Positions 1 through 11,195 of a DNA stretch of 64,000 bases are shown piece by piece. The translations under genes and the position numbers were made by a program. Location of the stretch: assembly GCA_965235115.1 (NCBI GenBank), contig OZ249436.1, positions 45,262,001 to 45,326,000 of the forward strand, read 5' to 3'. Each line of letters begins with the position of its first letter. The first letter of the stretch is position 1. The DNA comes from Laetmonice hystrix. Its lineage: Eukaryota. Under the pieces are notes generated by a model. The model had not been told where the DNA came from. It did no database searches and saw only the letters and a list, made by a program, of their open reading frames with translations.

Positions 1-261
1 CCTCGCATGCTGCTGGTAAAAGCTGTTGTTATCGGGCAGTCAACAATCAAACTGTTCAATTGGGCCATCGAGACTGGGGGACAGTGTGTCCCAGAGGAGG
101 GGCAATGTACAGGACTGCACGGTATTGGTTCCTCCTCGCTACAACAGCCGTCATCTTGTGCCAGAGATGCAAATGGGTGTCACCAGTGGGGTATCATGCG
201 TTGTTGAGACGCCAGGTTGCGGCTTGAGGGTTGTTGTAGCCTTGTTGACTATGACCAAGTT
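1..261 (+). ncRNA. 3' part of candidate structured RNA (array copy cut by the window edge)
   Basis: Same sequence as 2076-2336; ends GACTATGACCAAGTT, matching GACTAAGACCAAGTT of the diverged copy at 18275-18289. Confidence 0.5.
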
Positions 262-1970
262 GTCTCTCTCACGTTATGCCTCCGTGAACTTATCTGACTT
301 CCTCTGCTTGCTGCAGAAAGGTGGTTCTTCGTTCGTGAAAACAGTCTACCTCAATATGCTAATATTATTGTTGTTGAGCCCTTAAGCACCACAATTGTCT
401 ACTAGGTTTCATATCTTAATTATTATATTATTTCTCTGCCCAATTTGTAAACCGAGCTTCCTCGATGCTGCCATCAATCAAAAAGAAATGGAGATCTACC
501 AGTCTACCAGTCTACCAGGCCTACCAGTCACAGCAATTGCCCAGAACCTGCAGGTATGAGATTTCCACAGAAATGGAGAAATGGTACGTGAATGAGCATT
601 TTGCTGTGGTGATAATTTTATTGTTGGGGCTTTTAGATGTATAAATCTTGTTCATCGATCAGAATTGTTTTGAACATTTGGTTGGTTGATTAGATAGTGG
701 GTTGGTAAGTTGGGGAGCGTAGGTAGTTAGATGGGCTGGTTTTCTTGTTGGCTTCGGGTAACTGGGTCGGTGATCAGATGGGTTGTCGGGTCGGTGGGTG
801 GACACGCCGGGTGGCAGTCGGTCAGATGGTCGGGCTGGTTGGTGGTAAGGTGGGGTCGGTGGGTGGGTGGCTGAGTGTGTGGTTGCGTGGGGCCAATCCC
901 TGCAAAACTGCGTGCTTGTCTGCCTGGCCATGTCCCTGCCCTACGGCTGCTCTACCTTCCCAGATGGCGGCCTGCCTAACTTTGTGTCTTCCCACTTATC
1001 TGTCTGCTTCCCTGTGATTCTGCCTTGGGTGGCCATGTGGGTGGGTGGATTTGTTGGGGATGGTCCGTCAGGTAGACTGGTTGGCTGGTAGTCGGATGGG
1101 GACTTATCCTTGCCTTCCTGCTGACCTCTGATACTGGTTGGTAGTAAGATGGGGATTCTTCCTTACCTTACTGTTGTCCTACCTTTCTGTTTGGCTGGCT
1201 GTTGCCGACATTTCCACCGGCTTACATGCCTGCTCACCTGCATTCATCAGTATGGTACTGCCTGCCTATCTGCCTTCCTTCCTGCTCACCAACCCTCCTT
1301 CTATGTTCAACCAACCAACCAGCAGAGAAGCCTCACGAATCCAGAGAAATGTAAAAAACGCTTGGTCAAGCCGATCTTAATTCCTGTTTTGATGTCACTG
1401 TTCTGTGATGTGTTTACCAGTTGTTGAAGTGCTAGGTTATGTCACTGTACTGTGGCTCTGTATTAGTTGTTACAGCTATGCCTTGTTACCCAGTCGGAAA
1501 GTTTACACAGGCCCATGTTTGGACCGTCTACCTCAATATGATAATATTATTGTTGTTTAGCCGTTAAGCACCATTGTCTACTAGGTTTCATATCTTAATT
1601 ATATTATTTCTCTGCCCAATTTGTAAACCGAGCTTCCTCGATGCTGCCATCAATCAAAAAGAAATGGAGATCTGCAGGCCTACCAGTCTTTCAAAACGCA
1701 GATGTGCTTCTGCAGAAGGAACCGAAGGTTTGGAAAGCCATCCTGCAAAATGACGTCTCCCTGGAAGCGTACACCAAAGTTCAACGTTCAACCTACCAAC
1801 CTCCAGAAGCCTCAAGATTGCAGGGAAATGGAGCAAAGGTTTGGTCAACTTGATGCTAAAATGTTACTGTTTTTCAAGAGCTTTGATGTCACTGTACTGT
1901 GGCCTTGTAATAGCAGTTGTTCAGCTATGCCTTATTGCCCAGTCGGAATGTTCACACTGGCCCATGTCTG

Positions 1971-2336
1971 GTCAACTGTCGCGTCTGTAAGTGTTGTACT
2001 GTAGTGCAACAGACAGGGTCTACCGCTCAGGAATAGGACGGTGTCTTTCCTGGCCCCAGTCCATCCGTAGTCTAACCTCGCATGCTGCTGGTAAAAGCTG
2101 TTGTTATCGGGCAGTCAACAATCAAACTGTTCAATTGGGCCATCGAGACTGGGGGACAGTGTGTCCCAGAGGAGGGGCAATGTACAGGACTGCACGGTAT
2201 TGGTTCCTCCTCGCTACAACAGCCGTCATCTTGTGCCAGAGATGCAAATGGGTGTCACCAGTGGGGTATCATGCGTTGTTGAGACGCCAGGTTGCGGCTT
2301 GAGGGTTGTTGTAGCCTTGTTGACTATGACAAAGTT
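1971..2336 (+). ncRNA. Candidate large structured ncRNA of unknown family (array copy)
   Basis: Colinear anchors with 17934-18289 and multiple helices with compensatory changes (see top finding). Confidence 0.6.
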
Positions 2337-4045
2337 GTCTCTTTCACGTTATGCCTCCGTGAACTTATCTGACTTCCTCTGCTTGCTGCAGAAAGGTGGT
2401 TCTTCGTTCGTGAAAACAGTCTACCTCAATATGCTAATATTATTGTTGTTGAGCCCTTAAGCACCACAATTGTCTACTAGGTTTCATATCTTAATTATTA
2501 TATTATTTCTCTGCCCAATTTGTAAACCGAGCTTCCTCGATGCTGCCATCAATCAAAAAGAAATGGAGATCTACCAGTCTACCAGTCTACCAGGCCTACC
2601 AGTCACAGCAATTGCCCAGAACCTGCAGGTATGAGATTTCCACAGAAATGGAGAAATGGTACGTGAATGAGCATTTTGCTGTGGTGATAATTTTATTGTT
2701 GGGGCTTTTAGATGTATAAATCTTGTTCATCGATCAGAATTGTTTTGAACATTTGGTTGGTTGATTAGATAGTGGGTTGGTAAGTTGGGGAGCGTAGGTA
2801 GTTAGATGGGCTGGTTTTCTTGTTGGCTTCGGGTAACTGGGTCGGTGATCAGATGGGTTGTCGGGTCGGTGGGTGGACACGCCGGGTGGCAGTCGGTCAG
2901 ATGGTCGGGCTGGTTGGTGGTAAGGTGGGGTCGGTGGGTGGGTGGCTGAGTGTGTGGTTGCGTGGGGCCAATCCCTGCAAAACTGCGTGCTTGTCTGCCT
3001 GGCCATGTCCCTGCCCTACGGCTGCTCTACCTTCCCAGATGGCGGCCTGCCTAACTTTGTGTCTTCCCACTTATCTGTCTGCTTCCCTGTGATTCTGCCT
3101 TGGGTGGCCATGTGGGTGGGTGGATTTGTTGGGGATGGTCCGTCAGGTAGACTGGTTGGCTGGTAGTCGGATGGGGACTTATCCTTGCCTTCCTGCTGAC
3201 CTCTGATACTGGTTGGTAGTAAGATGGGGATTCTTCCTTACCTTACTGTTGTCCTACCTTTCTGTTTGGCTGGCTGTTGCCGACATTTCCACCGGCTTAC
3301 ATGCCTGCTCACCTGCATTCATCAGTATGGTACTGCCTGCCTATCTGCCTTCCTTCCTGCTCACCAACCCTCCTTCTATGTTCAACCAACCAACCAGCAG
3401 AGAAGCCTCACGAATCCAGAGAAATGTAAAAAACGCTTGGTCAAGCCGATCTTAATTCCTGTTTTGATGTCACTGTTCTGTGATGTGTTTACCAGTTGTT
3501 GAAGTGCTAGGTTATGTCACTGTACTGTGGCTCTGTATTAGTTGTTACAGCTATGCCTTGTTACCCAGTCGGAAAGTTTACACAGGCCCATGTTTGGACC
3601 GTCTACCTCAATATGATAATATTATTGTTGTTTAGCCGTTAAGCACCATTGTCTACTAGGTTTCATATCTTAATTATATTATTTCTCTGCCCAATTTGTA
3701 AACCGAGCTTCCTCGATGCTGCCATCAATCAAAAAGAAATGGAGATCTGCAGGCCTACCAGTCTTTCAAAACGCAGATGTGCTTCTGCAGAAGGAACCGA
3801 AGGTTTGGAAAGCCATCCTGCAAAATGACGTCTCCCTGGAAGCGTACACCAAAGTTCAACGTTCAACCTACCAACCTCCAGAAGCCTCAAGATTGCAGGG
3901 AAATGGAGCAAAGGTTTGGTCAACTTGATGCTAAAATGTTACTGTTTTTCAAGAGCTTTGATGTCACTGTACTGTGGCCTTGTAATAGCAGTTGTTCAGC
4001 TATGCCTTATTGCCCAGTCGGAATGTTCACACTGGCCCATGTCTG

Positions 4046-4411
4046 GTCAACTGTCGCGTCTGTAAGTGTTGTACTGTAGTGCAACAGACAGGGTCTACCG
4101 CTCAGGAATAGGACGGTGTCTTTCCTGGCCCCAGTCCATCCGTAGTCTAACCTCGCATGCTGCTGGTAAAAGCTGTTGTTATCGGGCAGTCAACAATCAA
4201 ACTGTTCAATTGGGCCATCGAGACTGGGGGACAGTGTGTCCCAGAGGAGGGGCAATGTACAGGACTGCACGGTATTGGTTCCTCCTCGCTACAACAGCCG
4301 TCATCTTGTGCCAGAGATGCAAATGGGTGTCACCAGTGGGGTATCATGCGTTGTTGAGACGCCAGGTTGCGGCTTGAGGGTTGTTGTAGCCTTGTTGACT
4401 ATGACAAAGTT
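4046..4411 (+). ncRNA. Candidate structured ncRNA (array copy)
   Basis: Repeat of 1971-2336 at +2075. Confidence 0.6.
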
Positions 4412-6120
4412 GTCTCTTTCACGTTATGCCTCCGTGAACTTATCTGACTTCCTCTGCTTGCTGCAGAAAGGTGGTTCTTCGTTCGTGAAAACAGTCTACC
4501 TCAATATGCTAATATTATTGTTGTTGAGCCCTTAAGCACCACAATTGTCTACTAGGTTTCATATCTTAATTATTATATTATTTCTCTGCCCAATTTGTAA
4601 ACCGAGCTTCCTCGATGCTGCCATCAATCAAAAAGAAATGGAGATCTACCAGTCTACCAGTCTACCAGGCCTACCAGTCACAGCAATTGCCCAGAACCTG
4701 CAGGTATGAGATTTCCACAGAAATGGAGAAATGGTACGTGAATGAGCATTTTGCTGTGGTGATAATTTTATTGTTGGGGCTTTTAGATGTATAAATCTTG
4801 TTCATCGATCAGAATTGTTTTGAACATTTGGTTGGTTGATTAGATAGTGGGTTGGTAAGTTGGGGAGCGTAGGTAGTTAGATGGGCTGGTTTTCTTGTTG
4901 GCTTCGGGTAACTGGGTCGGTGATCAGATGGGTTGTCGGGTCGGTGGGTGGACACGCCGGGTGGCAGTCGGTCAGATGGTCGGGCTGGTTGGTGGTAAGG
5001 TGGGGTCGGTGGGTGGGTGGCTGAGTGTGTGGTTGCGTGGGGCCAATCCCTGCAAAACTGCGTGCTTGTCTGCCTGGCCATGTCCCTGCCCTACGGCTGC
5101 TCTACCTTCCCAGATGGCGGCCTGCCTAACTTTGTGTCTTCCCACTTATCTGTCTGCTTCCCTGTGATTCTGCCTTGGGTGGCCATGTGGGTGGGTGGAT
5201 TTGTTGGGGATGGTCCGTCAGGTAGACTGGTTGGCTGGTAGTCGGATGGGGACTTATCCTTGCCTTCCTGCTGACCTCTGATACTGGTTGGTAGTAAGAT
5301 GGGGATTCTTCCTTACCTTACTGTTGTCCTACCTTTCTGTTTGGCTGGCTGTTGCCGACATTTCCACCGGCTTACATGCCTGCTCACCTGCATTCATCAG
5401 TATGGTACTGCCTGCCTATCTGCCTTCCTTCCTGCTCACCAACCCTCCTTCTATGTTCAACCAACCAACCAGCAGAGAAGCCTCACGAATCCAGAGAAAT
5501 GTAAAAAACGCTTGGTCAAGCCGATCTTAATTCCTGTTTTGATGTCACTGTTCTGTGATGTGTTTACCAGTTGTTGAAGTGCTAGGTTATGTCACTGTAC
5601 TGTGGCTCTGTATTAGTTGTTACAGCTATGCCTTGTTACCCAGTCGGAAAGTTTACACAGGCCCATGTTTGGACCGTCTACCTCAATATGATAATATTAT
5701 TGTTGTTTAGCCGTTAAGCACCATTGTCTACTAGGTTTCATATCTTAATTATATTATTTCTCTGCCCAATTTGTAAACCGAGCTTCCTCGATGCTGCCAT
5801 CAATCAAAAAGAAATGGAGATCTGCAGGCCTACCAGTCTTTCAAAACGTAGATGTGATTCTGCAGAAGGAACCGAAGGTTTGGAAAGCCATCCTGCAAAA
5901 TGACGTCTCCCTGGAAGCGTACACCAAAGTTCAACGTTCAACCTACCAACCTCCAGAAGCCTCAAGATTGCAGGGAAATGGAGCAAAGGTTTGGTCAACT
6001 TGATGCTAAAATGTTACTGTTTTTCAAGAGCTTTGATGTCACTGTACTGTGGCCTTGTAATAGCAGTTGTTCAGCTATGCCTTATTGCCCAGTCGGAATG
6101 TTCACACTGGCCCATGTCTG

Positions 6121-6486
6121 GTCAACTGTCGCGTCTGTAAGTGTTGTACTGTAGTGCAACAGACAGGGTCTACCGCTCAGGAATAGGACGGTGTCTTTCC
6201 TGGCCCCAGTCCATCTGTAGTCTAACCTCGCATGCTGCTGGTAAAAGCTGTTGTTATCGGGCAGTCAACAATCAAACTGTTCAATTGGGCCATCGAGACT
6301 GGGGGACAGTGTGTCCCAGAGGAGGGGCAATGTACAGGACTGCACGGTATTGGTTCCTCCTCGCTACAACAGCCGTCATCTTGTGCCAGAGATGCAAATG
6401 GGTGTCACCAGTGGGGTATCATGCGTTGTTGAGACGCCAGGTTGCGGCTTGAGGGTTGTTGTAGCCTTGTTGACTATGACAAAGTT
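6121..6486 (+). ncRNA. Candidate structured ncRNA (array copy)
   Basis: Repeat of 1971-2336 at +4150. C>T at 6216 turns a predicted C-G pair into U-G. Confidence 0.6.
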
Positions 6487-8784
6487 GTCTCTTTCACGTT
6501 ATGCCTCCGTGAACTTATCTGACTTCCTCTGCTTGCTGCAGAAAGGTGGTTCTTCGTTCGTGAAAACAGTCTACCTCAATATGCTAATATTATTGTTGTT
6601 GAGCCCTTAAGCACCACAATTGTCTACTAGGTTTCATATCTTAATTATTATATTATTTCTCTGCCCAATTTGTAAACCGAGCTTCCTCGATGCTGCCATC
6701 AATCAAAAAGAAATGGAGATCTACCAGTCTACCAGTCTACCAGGCCTACCAGTCACAGCAATTGCCCAGAACCTGCAGGTATGAGATTTCCACAGAAATG
6801 GAGAAATGGTACGTGAATGAGCATTTTGCTGTGGTGATAATTTTATTGTTGGGGCTTTTAGATGTATAAATCTTGTTCATCGATCAGAATTGTTTTGAAC
6901 ATTTGGTTGGTTGATTAGATAGTGGGTTGGTAAGTTGGGGAGCGTAGGTAGTTAGATGGGCTGGTTTTCTTGTTGGCTTCGGGTAACTGGGTCGGTGATC
7001 AGATGGGTTGTCGGGTCGGTGGGTGGACACGCCGGGTGGCAGTCGGTCAGATGGTCGGGCTGGTTGGTGGTAAGGTGGGGTCGGTGGGTGGGTGGCTGAG
7101 TGTGTGGTTGCGTGGGGCCAATCCCTGCAAAACTGCGTGCTTGTCTGCCTGGCCATGTCCCTGCCCTACGGCTGCTCTACCTTCCCAGATGGCGGCCTGC
7201 CTAACTTTGTGTCTTCCCACTTATCTGTCTGCTTCCCTGTGATTCTGCCTTGGGTGGCCATGTGGGTGGGTGGATTTGTTGGGGATGGTCCGTCAGGTAG
7301 ACTGGTTGGCTGGTAGTCGGATGGGGACTTATCCTTGCCTTCCTGCTGACCTCTGATACTGGTTGGTAGTAAGATGGGGATTCTTCCTTACCTTACTGTT
7401 GTCCTACCTTTCTGTTTGGCTGGCTGTTGCCGACATTTCCACCGGCTTACATGCCTGCTCACCTGCATTCATCAGTATGGTACTGCCTGCCTATCTGCCT
7501 TCCTTCCTGCTCACCAACCCTCCTTCTCCCTCCAACCAACCAACCAGCAGAGAAGCCTCACGAATCCAGAGAAATGTAAAAAACGCTTGGTCAAGCCGAT
7601 CTTAATTCCTGTTTTGATGTCACTGTTCTGTGATGTGTTTACCAGTTGTTGAAGTGCTAGGTTATGTCACTGTACTGTGGCTCTGTATTAGTTGTTACAG
7701 CTATGCCTTGTTACCCAGTCGGAAAGTTTACACAGGCCCATGTTTGGACCGTCTACCTCAATATGATAATATTATTGTTGTTTAGCCGTTAAGCACCATT
7801 GTCTACTAGGTTTCATATCTTAATTATATTATTTCTCTGCCCAATTTGTAAACCGAGCTTCCTCGATGCTGCCATCAATCAAAAAGAAATGGAGATCTGC
7901 AGGCCTACCAGTCTTTCAAAACGTAGATGTGCTTCTGCAGAAGGAACCGAAGGTTTGGAAAGCCATCCTGCAAAATGACATCTCCCTGGAAGCGTACACC
8001 AAAGTTCAACGTTCAACCTACCAACCTCCAGAAGCCTCAAGATTGCAAGAGCAAGAATGCCTGGTTGTCTTGGAATCGCGGCCAAGTTTTGCATCCTAAA
8101 AATGGTTTAAATGAACGACATCTACTGAGAGAATAAGGCGATAGACCCAGAACGAAAGAACATAATATCTGAATCGTCATTTATTTAAATTATGTCATGT
8201 AGAAATCAAATTGCACCAATTTTAACCATATAATTTCTAGATTTCAATTCACGATTGTCAAGGACTGTTCTAACAATGTAGACGCCGTGAAGGTGGCCAA
8301 CATGGAGGAAATGTACAATTACTCGTTACTTCAGGTGTATGCCTACGTTTTCCACGAAAATCTGTTTACACCTAAATGTACTTGTCTTTGAAAGATCAAT
8401 AAACCTATATGCCTAAAAACTAAATTCCGTCTTTTCCATGCAGGTTCTATGTCACATGGTTAAGGAAATATAGGCCTGGGTTAAATCACTCTTGTCCCCT
8501 ACAATATTATCCCTATATTATTAATATAGGGATATCAATTTAATAGCATGTAGAATTCGGGGACAGCAGGGGGAACCAAGAGGCTCTTGGTATATAATCA
8601 TGTGGGCGGCGACCATAAAAATGTCGCTAATAGCATCCTGACAAAAATGGGGGGGGGTCGCACGCTCACGATCGCGCTCATTTGCTAAAATGAACGCTCA
8701 TATGGGATATCGCATGGGAACTTTGGTAAGGCGCTGGGACGTATGGGTAACCAGTTAAAAATGAGCGTTAATATATATCGCACG

Positions 8785-8847
8785 GGGCCTGGTCCCCTGC
8801 CCACCAGACGCATCCGCTATGTCAATAGAGACCTGGGGACCAGGCTA
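8785..8847. mobile_element. 63-bp miniature TIR element, possibly Academ-like
   Basis: GCCTGGTCCCC...GGGGACCAGGCTA inverted ends; ACG on both sides (8782-84, 8848-50). Removing it restores ATATCGCACGGGAACT, matching the upstream paralogue ATATCGCATGGGAACT (~8707). Confidence 0.6.
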
Positions 8848-9220
8848 ACGGGAACTTGGGTAAGGCGCTGAGGCCTAGGCCCCCTATGGGTAATGAGGAC
8901 ACGTACCGCTTGCCGAACTAGGCCTACTTCTTTTTAGAAGCCATGGCAGATTTCCACCTGACACCAGTCAAACTGGTGGTTAATATTTGGGTAATAATAT
9001 ATTGTCAAACAAACCCAGCATATAGGTCTAAGTTTAAATACAGAAATATCACTATATGCTTGTTACATAATATCTTATAGGCATACAAACACTAATTTGT
9101 GTCACCGGTGTAATAATCTACTAATGAGTGAGGTGGCGCGCATGTGCATCCTTGGGCCGTAATTGTTATGTAGATCTATGCACGGCTCGAAGATTGGCAA
9201 AAGGACTCAAACGTGAGAAA

Positions 9221-9250
9221 GTGTGTGTGTGTGTGTGACAGAGAGAGAGG

Positions 9251-9290
<40 letters not shown>

Positions 9291-9291
9291 G
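9221..9291. repeat. Compound microsatellite (GT)n(GA)n(GACA)n
   Basis: Direct reading. Confidence 0.95.
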
Positions 9292-9695
9292 GAAGGATAG
9301 CTCCCTCGTATCAGATCACTACAACCTAGGCAGGGATATTTTATTGACATCTCCAAATCTCTGAATTTTTAATCTGAATCTGGAATTTAAACGTTTCATA
9401 TCGTATATTCTAAATGGCTCTGGATGCCAAAGAGAGAAATTCCTCAATGGTCAGTGAAGCAAGCACCGGCACATTAGCTAACAATAGGCTACAGATTTAT
9501 GTTGCCAATTCACCCCAAAATTTACGTGCATTTCATGAATACGTTGTACTGGGCACACTACATATTCACGGGTTAATCTACCGTACCGATATGCAGGGGT
9601 TATTTAGGTGCTTCACATACACGACTTGGGGTTGGTCCTATCTAGAACGGAATCAGTCAGCGAGAACACGCGACAGGATTATGAGGGCAGTGTAA

Positions 9696-10363
9696 GGCGG
9701 GGCGCAGCGAAGCAAAATTCTCGCCAGTTTTGGCTTTAAGTCATATCGTATTGACCGTTCACAGACGGTAGCGGGACGAAGCGGTGCGAAGCGATGCCGC
9801 GCGGCCCGGGCGCAGCGAAAATTCGGTTTGGCTGGCCAAGCGAAAAAATGAAAACGCGCTCTCTTCGCCGTCGGCGTCAGCCAATCAGATCAGGGCCAGT
9901 GGTGTGACTAGACCAATAGATTTGCATACCCAGTGCAGCCCACAGACAGCATGGGTGGGTGGGTGGGTGGGTATTTGGGGTTTTACGCCTTGCAACAGCC
10001 AGGGTCATATCACGGCGGTGAAGATGAGATGAAAGTCAGTTTTTCTTGGTGGAGGAAACCGGAGTACCCGGAGGAAACCACCGACCTTCGGGAAGGAACT
10101 GACTGACAAACCTTTCACACATGCAGCCCAGGCCGGGAATCGAACCCGGGTCGCAGCGGTGTGAGGCGATGGTCCTAGGTGTCATGATGGAGCCGACACC
10201 TTAGACCACTCGGCCACCCGAGGCCCCCAGACAGCATGGCGGAGTATTATTGAAACTGATTAGCATATTGTTTCGCGTGCGACGCATTGGCTGTAAATAA
10301 GCTCACGAAGCGAAGAGTTGTTGTGCGCGGACCGTCGCTTCGCTGCGCTTTGTGAATCCCGCC
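9696..10363. mobile_element. Non-autonomous PIF/Harbinger-like element hosting a SINE
   Basis: Ends GGCGGG-GCGCAGCGAAGC / GCTTCGCTGCGC-TTTGTGAAT-CCCGCC (left TIR lacks 9 bp); TAA on both flanks (9693-95, 10364-66). Confidence 0.65.
9955..10227 (-). mobile_element. Full-length tRNA-derived SINE with V-domain-like core
   Basis: Minus strand: GGGGCCTCGGG start, A box TGGCCGAGTGG, B box GGTTCGATTCC, core GTGGTTTCCTCCGGGTACTCCGGTTTCCTCCAC, (ACCC)n tail. 12-bp TSD CAGACAGCATGG at 9943-54 and 10228-39. Confidence 0.92.
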
Positions 10364-11023
10364 TAAGAATCGTTTCAGTTCGGCGCCCTGCAATGTTTAC
10401 AAAGGCTGTCATCTATTAGCTAGACGGACTGCCAAAAGTAGGTGGGATATATAGATCGTGTTCTTGTCTGTCTTTTGAGCCCGAAAACTTCTTAGTAACT
10501 ATAGGCTCACTCACTGATCTTTTTAGCCTGTCGAAATTGTTCCGAACTGGTGACGTTAGAAAGAGGAGGGGCGTAGGAAGCTCTTTTTGGTTGGTTGGTG
10601 GTGGTGGTGGGGGGGGGGGGGGGGGGCTGAAGGTTGTGGCGAATCCCTAATAATAAATGGTACCCGAAATTGCAATAGTCTAATTCTAGTAATACATCCT
10701 AAATTTGGTTTTTCCCTACCTAGGTGTATTCCGATGTAGGCCTAGTCTAGTGATAAAAATTATTGTTATTTGCCTAGAATAGTAGGTGAATATTCCCAAC
10801 CCCGGTAGGCTTACCGAAATGTTGGAGGGGGGGGGGGGTTGAAACACACTTCAGCCCCCCTTTTGATATTGGGGGGCTGACGCCCCCTTCCCCCCGGTTG
10901 CCTATGAAGAGGACAGCTTCGCACGACAAAAGGAAAGTCCAGCGTACGGGGCCGTCGTTTGCTTATGTCAAACTTTACCCACGAAATTCTCATGTCCTTT
11001 TTTGTTGAAACATTGACCAAATA

Positions 11024-11195
11024 CAGGCGCGGATCCAGAGGGGGGGGGGGTCCAGGGGGTCCGGACCCCCCCCCCTGCTCGGGACCAACTTAGGTTTTTG
11101 TAATGTTATCGGGGAAGGCCCCCAGACCATTGCCCCATCCCCGGTGTCTCGCATCTTCTGGACCCCCGCTGCAAAGATTCCTGGATCCGCGCCTG
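11024..11195. mobile_element. MITE with 15-bp TIR CAGGCGCGGATCCAG
   Basis: Perfect TIRs; 5-bp direct repeat AAATA at 11019-23 and 11196-200. Confidence 0.88.

Larger units (their letters stand above)
1..8047. repeat. Tandem macro-repeat, 2075-bp unit, ~3.9 copies (continues left of the window)
   Basis: Sequence and ORF track recur at an exact 2075 offset (1/2076/4151/6226) with only a few substitutions. The array breaks after ...CCTCAAGATTGCA at ~8047. Confidence 0.98.

Noticed and set aside
7..8136. 60-119-aa ORFs repeated in the 2075-bp units
   Set aside because: Overlapping, no recognisable domain, and not preserved in the diverged homologue at 17.9-18.3 kb.
10130..10227. tRNA gene
   Set aside because: The A/B boxes belong to the SINE head; no cloverleaf, and it continues into SINE core and tail with a TSD.
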